Part shown: positions 20,229 through 31,586 of the stretch, in pieces | Position numbering within the stretch: the first letter of the stretch is position 1 | How the letters are laid out: each line of letters starts with the position of its first letter | Source: Nitrospirota bacterium | GTDB taxonomy: Bacteria; Nitrospirota; UBA9217 | Assembly: GCA_963741205.1 (NCBI GenBank) | Contig: CAVUHW010000009.1 | Location: 1-33,925, forward strand | DNA length: 33,925 nucleotides | Direction: 5' to 3' | Position numbers and translations under genes: made by a program | Notes under the pieces: generated by a model | Told to the model about the DNA's origin: nothing | Databases searched by the model: none | Seen by the model: only the letters and a program-made list of their open reading frames with translations

Positions 20229-20525
20229 TTAAGTGCTCGATGAAATTAGTCGCCGTTTCCAGGGCGATGTAATTGAATCTCGAATGGCTGACCACCCGAG
20301 TGGCAGGTCAGCCAGTTCGACTACACTGGAGTCACAATAAACGATTTCATCCAGTGCGGCGATCTTGGCATCAGATGCTAGAACTGTTTTCCCCGTGTGA
20401 AATTGCCACGCCCCATCGTCTTGATCGTGCGTGACAAGTAAGATAGGCTTATCTCTTTCGATAACGTCCCTTGTTGTAAAAATTATCGTCCTGCGCGCGT
20501 CTGTAAAAGGCCATTTTGTTTTCAT
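20229..20525 (-). CDS. hypothetical protein (DUF2185-like)
   Basis: WPF...PILLVTHD.DDGAWQF...ELADLPLGW.A.R...PW. Confidence 0.75.
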   Translation of the reverse strand: MKTKWPFTDARRTIIFTTRDVIERDKPILLVTHDQDDGAWQFHTGKTVLASDAKIAALDEIVYCDSSVVELADLPLGWSAIRDSITSPWKRRLISSST

Positions 20526-20544
20526 AATCTCGTCTGGCGGATAG

Positions 20545-20721
20545 TTACACCGTCGGCATCCCTTTCTCGAGCACCAGATCAATAGAACAGCCGAGACTTA
20601 AGGTGGTTAAAGCAGCGGCCTCCTGTCCGACCTGGTACACGCGGAATTCCTTTCGTCTCAACATCATCGAAAGAGCCTTTCCTCCTCCAAGGTTCTCGTC
20701 AAGCACAAGAATGGTCTTCAT
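20545..20721 (-). pseudogene. truncated response-regulator receiver fragment
   Basis: MKTILVLDEN...IDLVL..GMP then stop at about half a domain. Confidence 0.5.
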
Positions 20722-20877
20722 TTTTTTCCACCCCAAGTGTTCGTGTTCAACTTCTGTGGTAGGTGAGGGACTGTATAATAGAAGGTCGCCCTCTTCTTTT
20801 AACGACAGGTTCCGTAGCAGAGGACAATGATGTAGCGAGCAATGCAGTATATTCAAAAGGCCGGGGATTCAGAACAA

Positions 20878-21120
20878 TCAGTCGAAACCACTTTCCTGAT
20901 TTTCCTCTGTTTCCTCGCTCTCTTTTGCTTTTTCACCCTCGGTAGCAGCCTCTCCCAGTGAACTATCTTCTTCTTCGGGTTCCTCGATCTCCTGTCCCGC
21001 ATGCCTGGCTAATACGATCCGTTCCGCATCGAGCCAATTATCAAGGTCCCGTCCAGGGATATAGCCCCTCGCCTCATACAGTTCGCGTGCAACCGCTTCG
21101 ATTTCATCATGGAGATTCAT
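20878..21120 (-). CDS. DUF2934 domain protein
   Basis: IEAVARELYEARG..GRDLDNWLDAE; GGAGG RBS. Confidence 0.85.
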   Translation of the reverse strand: MNLHDEIEAVARELYEARGYIPGRDLDNWLDAERIVLARHAGQEIEEPEEEDSSLGEAATEGEKAKESEETEENQESGFD

Positions 21121-21265
21121 GTCATTCCTCCCTTCATCGCTATAAGGCGGTCGTACTCCTATAATAATGTCCCGTGTTGTAAAAACAGCTGTATTGCGCT
21201 CATCTGCAAATTGCCATTTTGTTTTCATAATCTTATCTTACTGACAGTTACACTATCAGTAGCCT

Positions 21266-21580
21266 TTACTCGACACAGATTACGCAATTATTGGTGCCGA
21301 AAGGATTTGGGGCCAATTCTGCGCCCGGAATATCTTGCATCCACGTACCGTCTACGAAATACTTATACTCGAACTTCCCGGGAGAAAGTTTGACCATGAT
21401 TTTCCAGGTCCCATCCTTGCCTTTTTTCATAGGCATTGATTCCGTATTCCAGTCATTGAATGTCCCTGCGATAAAAACTTTTTTGGCTTCTGGAGCACGG
21501 AACGTGAATTCTACTTGCTGCATTGTAGCAGCTCTACCTATAGACTTTTTTATTTTCTTAACCGCCTCCAATGCTGCCAT
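21266..21580 (-). CDS. CBM48 / AMPK-beta-like glycogen-binding protein
   Basis: APEAKKVFIAGTFNDW...GKFEYKYFVDGTW...NPFG.NN. Confidence 0.9.
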   Translation of the reverse strand: MAALEAVKKIKKSIGRAATMQQVEFTFRAPEAKKVFIAGTFNDWNTESMPMKKGKDGTWKIMVKLSPGKFEYKYFVDGTWMQDIPGAELAPNPFGTNNCVICVE

Positions 21581-21644
21581 AACTATTCCTCCTCCCCGTG
21601 ATGTGAATTGTTAAGTCCGTGAGGACTTTGAAGAACCGTACATT

Positions 21645-22313
21645 TTACACGCAGAATGTCGCCCCAGCGAGATACCATCGGTCTTCAAGCTTCTTTACCC
21701 ATTGTACTATACCCTCTTCAGTATCTGCCCTTCTAAAATAAAGCACCTGCCCTCGTTTGAGCAGAGTAGATGTCTTCAGGCAGATACCGTAACTGCTTAC
21801 GTTCACTGCTTGTGCGTCGATGTCAACATCTTTACCATGTAATCGAAACTGGACATATTTGCTAGAGGAATGCCTGTTTGCGCGACGCATAACAGCAAGT
21901 CTTTGCTTCAGGTCCATACGGTTTTCACAGTCTTTGACCCAAGTTTCAAATACGCCAAAATCGAGTGGATTTTCAAATATGGTAATGCCTTGGGCAGTAA
22001 TGTGATCAAACCTGTCACGAACGAGGGAAGGAGTGATGATCGTCTTGTTAGGTGATGCCAGTTTGCATCCGATCCGTAACTGCCTGCTAAAGAGATCAAC
22101 ATTCTTACTCTGCTCTAAATCTTGTACTGTGACCATGATATCACAGCAGAGGGCGGGGCAGACGCAGGTTTTGGTCTCATAAATACCAAAAATAGGACAT
22201 GTTACAGATCCCGTAACAATAATAGTTTCGTAGCCGATGTTATAAAAAAAAGTTGTAAGCTCATATTGAATGCGCCCACTGTAATTGAATATGACAACTC
22301 TTGGCTTTCTCAT
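21645..22313 (-). CDS. PilZ-domain protein with degenerate receiver-like N-terminus
   Basis: RRANR...NVSSYGICL...GIVQWV. Confidence 0.75.
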   Translation of the reverse strand: MRKPRVVIFNYSGRIQYELTTFFYNIGYETIIVTGSVTCPIFGIYETKTCVCPALCCDIMVTVQDLEQSKNVDLFSRQLRIGCKLASPNKTIITPSLVRDRFDHITAQGITIFENPLDFGVFETWVKDCENRMDLKQRLAVMRRANRHSSSKYVQFRLHGKDVDIDAQAVNVSSYGICLKTSTLLKRGQVLYFRRADTEEGIVQWVKKLEDRWYLAGATFCV

Positions 22314-22555
22314 GACCGATCTTTCTGCACTTATAAATTGAATCAGTCAATGTTACAAAAATTCTCGCTGTAATATGCGCAGCAATCCTTAAAACCACAT
22401 GTTTTTACAAGTTTTTGTCAGATGCAACGCATGTTGGCCTCCCAAAGGTGTGTTGATATTTATTCTCCGTAACACGTAGTAATAGTTAGTATAATCAATA
22501 GGGCCGAGGATGCAAGTGGGAATTATTATCTATAAAATATCTATGTGAAGTAATT

Positions 22556-23831
22556 CTACAAATTAGAAAGGAATGTTCTGAGGTTGGTTTTTTCCCTGAG
22601 AAGGCCGAGCTTTTTTCTGATGTTCCTTCGGTGTGCTTTAATTGTATAAATCGACAAATTAAGCATTTCAGAAATATCCTTATCCTGTCTGCCGTCATTA
22701 ATAAGATTGGCCACGAGCAGTTCTTGTGGCGTCAACCTGTGTAATTTCCCTGAAGCCGTCGTTGCTAAAGAGGATATCACTCCATGAAGATTGGCCTCGA
22801 TGATATTCAGGTATGCGGCATCTTCTCCGGATCTACGCTTCTTCAGCTTCTCGATATATGGCAACACAAGCTGCTTCACATTTGTTTGCACTTTCTCCTC
22901 AATTTCTCTCTTGTCATGTTCCCGCTGCCTAAGTAAGACCTTCAATGCGCTGTTCATCTCCTCGAGCTCCTGCGAACGCACACGCAATCTCTCTTCTGAT
23001 TCCTTGAGGTTCTCTTCTGCCTTTCGACGTTCGGTTATGTCACGCAGGAACACGACAACCCTCCCTCCTTCGACGGGCATGTACTGGACGCTGACTTCAA
23101 CGTTAAAAGTGCTTCCATCCTTACGACGGTGCACACTCTCAAAACGATCCTCACCTTCGGAAATAACTTTTTGGATGTGTGACGCCGTTTCAACAGGAAG
23201 TTCGGCGGCCTCCAGATCAGAAATACTCATGGTCAGCAGTTCCTGTTCGCGATAACCGCTCATTCGGCAATATGCCTCATTGACTTCTAAAAGATGTCCC
23301 TGCGTATCCACAAACCAGAACCCGTCCATTGCTGTCCCAAGGATTAACCTATGCCGCTCCTCGCTGGTACGTAGCATCCACTCGGACCGCTTACGCTCGG
23401 TGATGTCGCGAACCGTAGCCTGTAACGATGCCTGTCCATCTATTTCCATACGGGTAAGCAGTACATCGGCTGCAAACGGTTCGCCGTGCAACCGCTGGTG
23501 TTCCCATTCAAAAAAGAAGGAACCTTCGCGCATGGCCGTCGCAATCATTTCCTGCGCCTTCTCGGCTGATGGGCGTCTGTCAGATTGAAGTTCCGGCGAC
23601 ACATCCCACGGTCCCAGCTTAATGAAATCAGCTTCGCTCGCTAACCCAAACAATTCCAGCGCCGCCCTATTCGCTCGGGTAAACTTCCATGTCGGCGGCG
23701 CAAGCGTCATCAGAGCATCGCGTGAGCTCTCGAACAGCTGCCGATATTGCACTTCGCTTTTTCGCAACGCCTCTTCTGTTTTTTGTACAGATATCGCCCG
23801 CTTTTTTACCGCTTTCCCGACTTTGTGCCAT
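22556..23831 (-). CDS. PAS-PAS-LuxR HTH transcriptional regulator (probable frameshift near 23805)
   Basis: two PAS/PAC domains (RDITERK), LTPQELLVA...TIKAHRRNIRKKL; start uncertain. Confidence 0.88.
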
Positions 23832-24521
23832 AGAGACCTGGTTATCTATTTTCATGCTTATGACTCTTTTAGTACAACAGCAGGATTTAATCAGCCGTAT
23901 TTAACTCCGGATCCCGGTAGCATGTCATACTCATCGAGTATAGTGTACGACCGTTATTTTATCAAGCGAATTTCAAAGACTGTCCGCAAACGATAAAGTT
24001 TCGCCTATACAATAAAGTTCTAGCGATTTTTGCAGAAATGTAAAAGAACAAGGAACAATAAAGTTCTTACTTTCCAACTGCGTTCTATGCAACATTTGGC
24101 TGATGGACCAATCCCGTTAATTTTACTGTTAGGTATTTAAATCCCTATTAGCATCATCCCGCGTGGATAGAAATCATCGGCTCACCTACTAATTCTCGCC
24201 TTAACGCGATTGATAAACCGTGAATTTCGTGTTGAAAGTGAAACTCATGAAGTGCACAATCGATGACACTCCTCTCGAGAACTCCTGTAGTGTTTTGCAG
24301 AAACAAGTTTATATATTCGTACGTCTTCTGATATGATGAGGTTCATGACCGTCTCCTCCTTATACCAGCTTATGATGCGCAATGCCGTCTATATATGCAA
24401 CAAAGTAAGGAAACTGCCGCGAGCCGGGAAAGTGCTAAGATATACTATATATCCCTCCTTCAGTTGGCGCAGTTGGCGCCGTTTGATAGAATATGACCCC
24501 TGAGCGCGAGGTGTTAAGATC

Positions 24522-25268
24522 ATGCTGGAAATCGAGGGCCTTTCCGTCGGCATCAACGGGAAGCGAATACTTCATGATGTGAACCTGTCGGTGGGCGACG
24601 GCCAGATCATGGCCCTCTTCGGGCCGAACGGCTCCGGCAAGACGACGCTCCAGAAGACGATCATGGGGTTTCCGGCATACCGGGTCGAGTCGGGCCGGAT
24701 CATTTACAAGGGTGAAGACATCACCCCGCTTGCAATGGATGAACGGAGCAGAAGAGGTATCGGCCTGGCCTTCCAGACCCCACCGGTGGTCCGGGGCGTC
24801 AAGCTCCGGGACATTCTCAAGAGCACCATGAGCAAGGGAAATCCGGTGACTGAAGAAAGGATAGCGGAGTTTGCGCAGAGGCTCAACTTGTCCGGTTTCC
24901 TCTCCCGCGACGTCAACCTCGGTTTCTCAGGGGGCGAGATAAAGCGCTCCGAGCTTCTGCAGCTCCTTGCGCAGGACCCTGATTTGATCCTCTTCGATGA
25001 ACCGGACTCCGGTGTGGACTTGGAAAACATCAGGCTGGTGGGGGATGTCATGGGTGATCTTCTGGGAAAAGGCAAGGCCAGGGAGAAGCGCGTGAAGTCG
25101 GGCCTCATTATCACCCACCAGGGGTATATCCTTGATTACGTCAACCCGGACAAGGCCTGCATCATGATCGAGGGGTCTATCCGCTGCATCGGAAACCCGA
25201 GGGACATTCTCCAGGAAATCCGGAAGAGCGGCTATGAAGAGTGTGCGCGATGCCTGAGCCTGAAATGA
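24522..25268 (+). CDS. sufC: Fe-S assembly ABC ATPase SufC/SmsC
   Basis: GPNGSGKT, RDVNLGFSGGEIKR, DEPDSGVD, IITH; C-terminal CARC. Confidence 0.92.
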   Translation: MLEIEGLSVGINGKRILHDVNLSVGDGQIMALFGPNGSGKTTLQKTIMGFPAYRVESGRIIYKGEDITPLAMDERSRRGIGLAFQTPPVVRGVKLRDILKSTMSKGNPVTEERIAEFAQRLNLSGFLSRDVNLGFSGGEIKRSELLQLLAQDPDLILFDEPDSGVDLENIRLVGDVMGDLLGKGKAREKRVKSGLIITHQGYILDYVNPDKACIMIEGSIRCIGNPRDILQEIRKSGYEECARCLSLK

Positions 25269-26479
25269 TTAAAAAGATGGCCAGAGAGGCCGAAAAGAAG
25301 ACGGCGCTTCTGGGGCCCGACATCGACCTTTCCGCCTACACGAGCGAGGCGGAGGAACTCGGAAGGGTGGGCGCGCTGAGGGAGCTTCCGCCGGACGTAC
25401 AGGAGAGGGCACATGGCGCCGGAGTGGACGCGTGCGAGACAGGCAAGGCCGGTTCGTTTTTCCAGATCGATAACTCGGTGATGTTTACTTCGGCGCTCGA
25501 TCCCGGCCTCGAGGTGATGAGCATCACGGAGGCGCTCGAAAAATACGGCTGGCTCCGGGATTACTGGTGGCGGGCGGTGCGCGTTGACGCGGACAAGTAC
25601 ACGGCGCAGGCAGAGCTCAATCTTCATCACGGGTACTTCATCAGGGCTCTGCCGGGGGCCAAGGTCGCCGTTCCGGTGCAGGCATGCCTGTATCTCAACC
25701 GGGAGATGTTTTCCCAGAACGTGCACAATATCATCATTGCCGAGGAAGGCTCGGAACTTCACATCATCACGGGCTGTACCACGGGCAGCCACATCAAAAG
25801 CGGCGTCCACATCGGCATATCCGAGTTCTACATCAAAAAAAACGCACATCTTTCCTTCAGCATGATCCACAGCTGGGCCGAGGAGGTCGCGGTGCGTCCC
25901 CGCTCCGGAGCCGTCGTCGGGGAGGGCGGCGTGTTTTTAAGCAATTACATCTGCATGAAACCCGTCAAGTCACTCCAGATGTTCCCGGTCGCCTCTTTGA
26001 TCGGCAAAGGCGCGGTCGCCAGGTTCAACAGCGTCCTCTGGGGCCAGGAAGGATCCTGCATGGACGTGGGAAGCAGGGTCATCCTCTCCGCGCCCGCATC
26101 CCGCGCCGAGGTCATTGCGCGGACCATAAGCTCGGGCGGCGACATCGTCTCGCGGGGACACCTCGTGGGAGATGCGCCGGGCATCAAGGCGCACCTTGAA
26201 TGCAGGGGGCTGATCCTCAGGGAAGGCGGCAGGATCTACGCCGTCCCCGAACTAGAAGGCAAGGTCCCCAACATCGATATGTCGCACGAGGCGGCCGTGG
26301 GAAAGATAGCCGAGGAGGAGATCCAGTATCTCATGTCGCGAGGGCTGACCGCGGAGGAGGCGACCGCCGCCATTGTGCGCGGATTTCTGGACATCGAGAT
26401 CAAGGGGCTTCCCGAGCAGCTCCAGGAAGAGATCAGAAAGTCGATACGGACGGCGGAAGAAGGTGAACGGCTCTTGTGA
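25250..26479 (+). CDS. sufB: Fe-S scaffold SufB/SufD-family (SmsB)
   Basis: HLECRGL, VPELEG, SHEAAVGKI, YLMSRGL...IVRGF; overlaps sufC. Confidence 0.9.
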   Translation: MPEPEMIKKMAREAEKKTALLGPDIDLSAYTSEAEELGRVGALRELPPDVQERAHGAGVDACETGKAGSFFQIDNSVMFTSALDPGLEVMSITEALEKYGWLRDYWWRAVRVDADKYTAQAELNLHHGYFIRALPGAKVAVPVQACLYLNREMFSQNVHNIIIAEEGSELHIITGCTTGSHIKSGVHIGISEFYIKKNAHLSFSMIHSWAEEVAVRPRSGAVVGEGGVFLSNYICMKPVKSLQMFPVASLIGKGAVARFNSVLWGQEGSCMDVGSRVILSAPASRAEVIARTISSGGDIVSRGHLVGDAPGIKAHLECRGLILREGGRIYAVPELEGKVPNIDMSHEAAVGKIAEEEIQYLMSRGLTAEEATAAIVRGFLDIEIKGLPEQLQEEIRKSIRTAEEGERLL

Positions 26480-26999
26480 AGAATTAAATAATCGACAGTA
26501 GAGTTATTGCCATGGCTGGTTCACTGCGAAAAGAATACAAACGACCGGATAGAGAAGGTGCCCGGTTCGTCATCGATTGGGAGCATACCTTTGGTGTAAT
26601 GACGGATTTTGTCGCAATTATGGACACCCAGCTTTCCTTGTTTAAACGTTTATGCGCCGGTCACTCATGTAACTTTTATATTGATTATCATCATTCAGTT
26701 TAATCCCGCCGTTAATCCCTCTGTTTTTTCTCCGGACATAATATCTGTAATAAAGTGAATAGTTGCGCAAGCTTGAAATTGACGATTTCTCATGCCAGTG
26801 ATTTAATGTAGTTGTCCCCGATAAAGCCAAACTATTCGCAAAAGGTAGAGTGGAACTGAGAGTCTTAAAAACGAAATACAGCAGGGCTGCCGAGAAAAAA
26901 ACAAGACCGACTTTTTCTTGAGCAATACGAGCGAACAGTCTCGTTTCAATGTCATGTGGTCCCTTTTCATCCAGAAACCAGTGGAGGAGGTGCAAGGTC

Positions 27000-29137
27000 A
27001 TGAGGAGACTCCCGTTGATGATCATGGCAGGTATTCTCTTGGGTGCATTGGCTTCCCTGTATATCGCATCATGCGGGGGCGGAGGTGGTGGTGGAAATGA
27101 CATTGCCGTAGATCAGGGACCGCCAAGTGGTGTTGGAACCGGGGCGGACAGCGCCACGATCTTCTGGTACCCGTATGACGCCAACATCGCCGTCGGTGGG
27201 GGAACCTCGGTTCAAGAGACCAGCGACCACGGCTTCATCGTAGCCGGATCCCAATCGTCGGATTTCTCCTCTCCACTTGATGTATTCCTTATGAAGACCG
27301 ACGCTAAGGGCGCGACCCAGTGGAAGAAGCGTATTGCAGAGACAGGAAGCGCGACAGCAAATGCCATAAGAGAAACCAGTGACGGCGGCTATATCGCCGC
27401 AGGTCGGGCAAAGACGGCTGCGGGCGGTGACGATGTTTACCTGCTCAAAATTGACGCTTCGGGAAACACCGTTGCGGGCTGGCCGAAGACCTACGGAGGA
27501 ACGGGGGACGATGTCGCATATGCGGTATTGCCGGTAAGTGACGGTTACATCATAGCCGGGGCCAGAAATGTGGGATCCTCGGTAAATAGCTCTATGTCAT
27601 TCGTACGGACTTGGCAGGTTCTGTTGTGTGGGAAAAATTCGACTATGCAAGTTTCTGCGCCTGGAGGAAGCGAGTTCGGCCGTGACATTGCTGCCACACC
27701 TGACGGCAACATTGTGATTGCCGGCTACACCGGCTGTTTTGGGTGGAAGGGATTCCTTCTCAAGATTGACAGCCAGGGGACTGAACTCTGGCGAAATGCC
27801 TACAATACGCTCCTCGACAGACTTTGAAACCATCTCCTCGATCGCTGCGCTTCCTGACGGGTTCGTCCTGGCGGGTTCTCACGGTGTAGTAAGCGGACAA
27901 CCGCCGGCCACGGGTCCGCTCGACGCGCTTGTTATCAAAACCGACGCGAGCGGCAAAGAGATCTGGCGCCAGACCTACGGCGGCGCTGGGCGGGACGAAG
28001 CGCAGGGAGTAATACTGACCCAGGACGGCAATTACATGATTCTCGGTACAACTCAGTCCTATGGCGGACAAATTAGTGCGAATGCTGACGGCGACTTTCA
28101 ATTGGAGGATCTGTTCCTGATCAAGGTGGATACGAACGGCAATACGCTCTGGCAGAAGGTCAAGGGCAATCGGCCGACGGTGAGCGACCACGGCGGCGCC
28201 ATCTGCGCAGTATCAGACGGAGGATTTGCCGTCACCGGCAGCAGCGATGGTAACGTGCTCCTCGCCAAGCTCGACAAGAATGGCGACACCATCAACCTCG
28301 GTGAGACCGACCTGACCATCAGCGTTCCCGCCACTACGGGCACTATCAAGTTCGACAACGCCATCGAGGTGGCGGCTGCCGCCGTGTCGGGTCTTACCAA
28401 ACCGCGTCAACTCGGCTCAACAGCGCTCGATCTGCTGATCGCCAGACTCAAGAACGATCCGGTCACGAACTTCTGCAGCACTGGCACCTACACCTTCAAT
28501 CCCTTGCCGACGGATCTCGCTGCAGCCCGGGACTTCGTTCGATGTGACGTTCACTGGCTGTCTCACGGGTCAGGCCACGATCAACGGCGGTATCACCGTC
28601 ACGCTTGATGGGGTCACCGGAGATCCGCGGTTGTCGAACTATACCCTTCAGACGACACTGACCTCGATCAACCTAACGATCGTCGATTCCGTCGGGACGA
28701 GCACCATGGCTGGCGGGATGCATTTCCAGCGAGTGGCGGCAGGCGGCACGTTCACCGAACTCGCACGGTCCATTGATACGCCGGTGCAGCAGGCGTTCAC
28801 ATGGAGCGAGAGCAGTGCAACGATAAACCGCACGCACGCCATCGGACCATTCTCTGTCAGTGCAACTGTTACTAACACGAGCTTCAGCCTTGGTTCGACA
28901 ACTGATACGCTGACGGTGGACTCCGGGCTGGGGCCGCTCGTAGTGACAGTAGCGCAGCCGCTTCAAGGAGGGGCATTGGTCACTGCGCCAACCTCCGGAG
29001 CATTCAAGGTAGTTGCGACTGACGGTAGCCAACTGACCGTCACCGTGACGAATGGCGTGGCCGCTTCAGCTGTGGATACGAACGGTGACGGGTCGGTCGA
29101 CGGGACAATCTCGGCTCCGTGGGACGCCCTTGACTAA
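27000..29137 (+). CDS. large lipoprotein with beta-propeller-like repeats, two frameshifts
   Basis: lipobox IASC then poly-Gly; repeated T.DGG...G / L.K.D..G...W..TYGG; frame changes near 27815 and 28530. Confidence 0.78.
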
Positions 29138-29443
29138 ATGCGGCGAGTTCGGGACGGTGCAGCACAAAGGCTTCTTTGTGATGGTATTGCGAGCGGCAGA
29201 TCAGTAATCGCAGCAGTCGTGGAGTGCCTCGGGACAACGGGTCTGCCGCCGCCAGCTTAATCCTGCAAATCGGAAGATTCCTAGAGGATTTACTTATCCC
29301 CCCTAGGGCCCCTCTTTCAGGATTTGCCGTATTAACGGCAATGGGTGGATGTGCCGCTTATGCGCGCTTCTTCTCGATTTTCTCATCCATTTTCGAATCA
29401 AATTTATCTTTTATTTTGAATGGGTTTGTCGTTCTTCGACATT

Positions 29444-29492
29444 CTCGTGGTCATCGACAACAAGCATGGAATGTCAATGTTGTGACAAGGGT
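29444..29492 (+). repeat. second repeat subfamily copy
   Basis: ctcgtggtcatcgacaaca...caatgttgtgacaaggg aligns with 9931-9984. Confidence 0.7.
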
Positions 29493-29782
29493 GTAAAAAA
29501 ACCAGTATCATGCACTGAACGATGAATCGAATGAGTGCCTAAAGTCGATATGGTTTAAACATCCGGTAGGCCCTCTGCAGCGGAATGGCTCCTGTCCGCC
29601 AACTCAAAGACCGGTCTCATTGTGTACTATTCTTCCCACAACGGCTCCTTTTTGGGTAACTGTTTTTGTCGGCAAACAAAATGTTACCATTTTAGGGGCA
29701 GCTACTCAAAATTTCAAATAAATATAGAACTGAATCACACCTTGAGGCGTCAAGCATTTCGACTGGTTTTTTATGGGTAGGC

Positions 29783-29847
29783 ATCAACGACTACGGGTTG
29801 ATAATTGAAGCATTTCAGAGAGTGATAACTCACCAGCTTGAGGATGT
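29783..29847 (+). repeat. 46-bp-unit repeat family copy
   Basis: caacgacTACGGGTTGA (29792), gcatttcagagagt, TTGAGGATG (29838); spacing 46. Confidence 0.65.
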
Positions 29848-29976
29848 TGATGTTGCCGCTGAAACTTTCAATCAGAACAGATCAAACTTCTTTTTCTCGC
29901 CCAACATGAACGGCCTCAAACAAAACACGATAGGATTTCAAGTGATGGATAGTAGGCGTCTGGTGACGCCGCCTGT

Positions 29977-31070
29977 TCATCGGATCACAGGCTTTCCTTG
30001 CGGCTTGCCGATATAGCCCTCGAAGCGCTTGCGTAATTCTTGAACGAGTTTCTCATTCGTGATGAAGCTTCGAAAGTCGTTGGCAACTTGATAATCAAAG
30101 ATCGGCATGAGGCCGGTGGGCGGGGGCACATCCTGCCGAACCGACCAGGTGCCCATGCGGCCCTGCTGTTCTTTCGCCAGAAACCAGGTGATGAAGAGTT
30201 TGGCGGCATTGGGATGCGGGGCATGCTTGAAGATTGCCGCCGTCTGCGGCCAGATCGGCAGCGGATCGACGGACGAAAAGGCCACGTCGGTCGGCTGATT
30301 GTTCTTCTTCATGCCCAGCGACACGTTCGTCATCGTGTCAAAGGTGACCGCGGCCTGGCCGCTAGCGACGGCGCGAGCGACTCCCAGATGTCCGCGGACC
30401 CATTGAGGCTTGTTCGCCACGTACTTGTCCATGAAATCCCAGCCGTATTTCTGCACAATCGTATAGAACAGGTAGAGTGTGACGTCGTCGTCATTGGGAT
30501 AGGTCGTGATAACCTTTCCTTTGAACTCCGGTTTGAGGAAATCCTGTGCGGATTTTGGCACCTGACGCGGTGAAACGCTCAGTGTGTTGTAGGCGTAAGA
30601 AAGACTATACACTGCAAGACCTACGAACTGTCCGTCAGGGTCCTTGAAACTTGGATGGATTTGATCCCAGCCTTCCGGCTTGAAGGTCAAGAGTACGCCC
30701 TGCTTCTTCCACCGGCCGTAGTCCTGAAGCGTCTGGAATATCGTCAGATCGACGCTCAGTTTCCTTTCAGCGATCTCGCGATTGATTATTGGAGCTAGGA
30801 TGTTGCTGAAATCGGCGGTCAGTTTGACCTTGATACCGGGAAAGCGCTGCTCGAATTCCAGGACCCAGGCTCGTAGAGTCCGACGGGACCGCCGCCGTTC
30901 AAGGAAAGCTCACCCTCCTTCATGGCCGCCCTATAGAGTTCATCCATCGATTGGGCATGCGCTAGGCCACTAACGCCCGTTAGCAAAAACGCGAGGGCTA
31001 AATGGATAGAGAACTTATAAAGGTCCATGGCTACCGGGTGGTTCTTGATGAAAGCCTTAATGGTCGTCAT
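29977..31070 (-). CDS. ABC transporter substrate-binding protein (Fe3+/thiamine/polyamine-like fold), frameshift near 30865
   Basis: AHAQSMDELY.AA.KEG..; YNT; APHPNAAKLF. Confidence 0.82.
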
Positions 31071-31081
31071 GATGCTCTCCT

Positions 31082-31264
31082 TCAACTATTAAGCCCCGCC
31101 CGGAGCGGTTGTCGCAAGACCTGCCTGCGGTTGGCCGTGACAACCGCTGCGACAACGACCCACAGCGCAGTGGTCAAGACGAGGAACCAAGTCAAGAAGG
31201 CCACCCCTGTCGTCGCAGGTATGAGGATGGGTGTCGTGCTGGCGATGAGACTCGCGTGCATGAG
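31082..31264 (-). CDS. small membrane hypothetical protein
   Basis: one hydrophobic helix followed by a basic tail; same strand and immediately upstream of the binding-protein gene. Confidence 0.35.
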   Translation of the reverse strand, partial: LMHASLIASTTPILIPATTGVAFLTWFLVLTTALWVVVAAVVTANRRQVLRQPLRAGLNS

Positions 31265-31476
31265 TGTCGCCACGAGAAGGCTAACGGGCTTATCACCAAA
31301 TTGTATGTAATTACGAACAAATTGTTATCATACTGATTTATTGATCATTTTATCATATATTGCCTTTACTATGGATTATCACTGTCTAATAATCCATACA
31401 GCAAGACTATTTATCAGTCCAATAGTAATCACTATTAAATTCATAATATCAATAAGATGACACCTTATACCAATTC

Positions 31477-31492
31477 TGGCATTCTAGTTGCA
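31477..31492 (+). promoter_or_regulatory. sigma-54 (-24/-12) promoter
   Basis: TGGCATTCTAGTTGCA, GG-N10-GC, ~100 bp upstream of the cytochrome gene. Confidence 0.65.
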
Positions 31493-31586
31493 ATATGAAA
31501 CATAAAAGCACAGAAGCAACTACAAAAGAGCAGTTCGGCGCCGTGACGGAGTGAAGCACAATCCATTATGGATTTGAAGGAAGGAC

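Noticed and set aside
26512-26703. Short ORF with PAS-like start
   Set aside because: At most a decayed fragment; too short to support a call.
843-29847. Repeat family as a CRISPR or TIGR array
   Set aside because: Cores are only ~10 bp and degenerate, occur in short dispersed clusters, inter-core sequences are related to each other, and no cas or tas gene is present.
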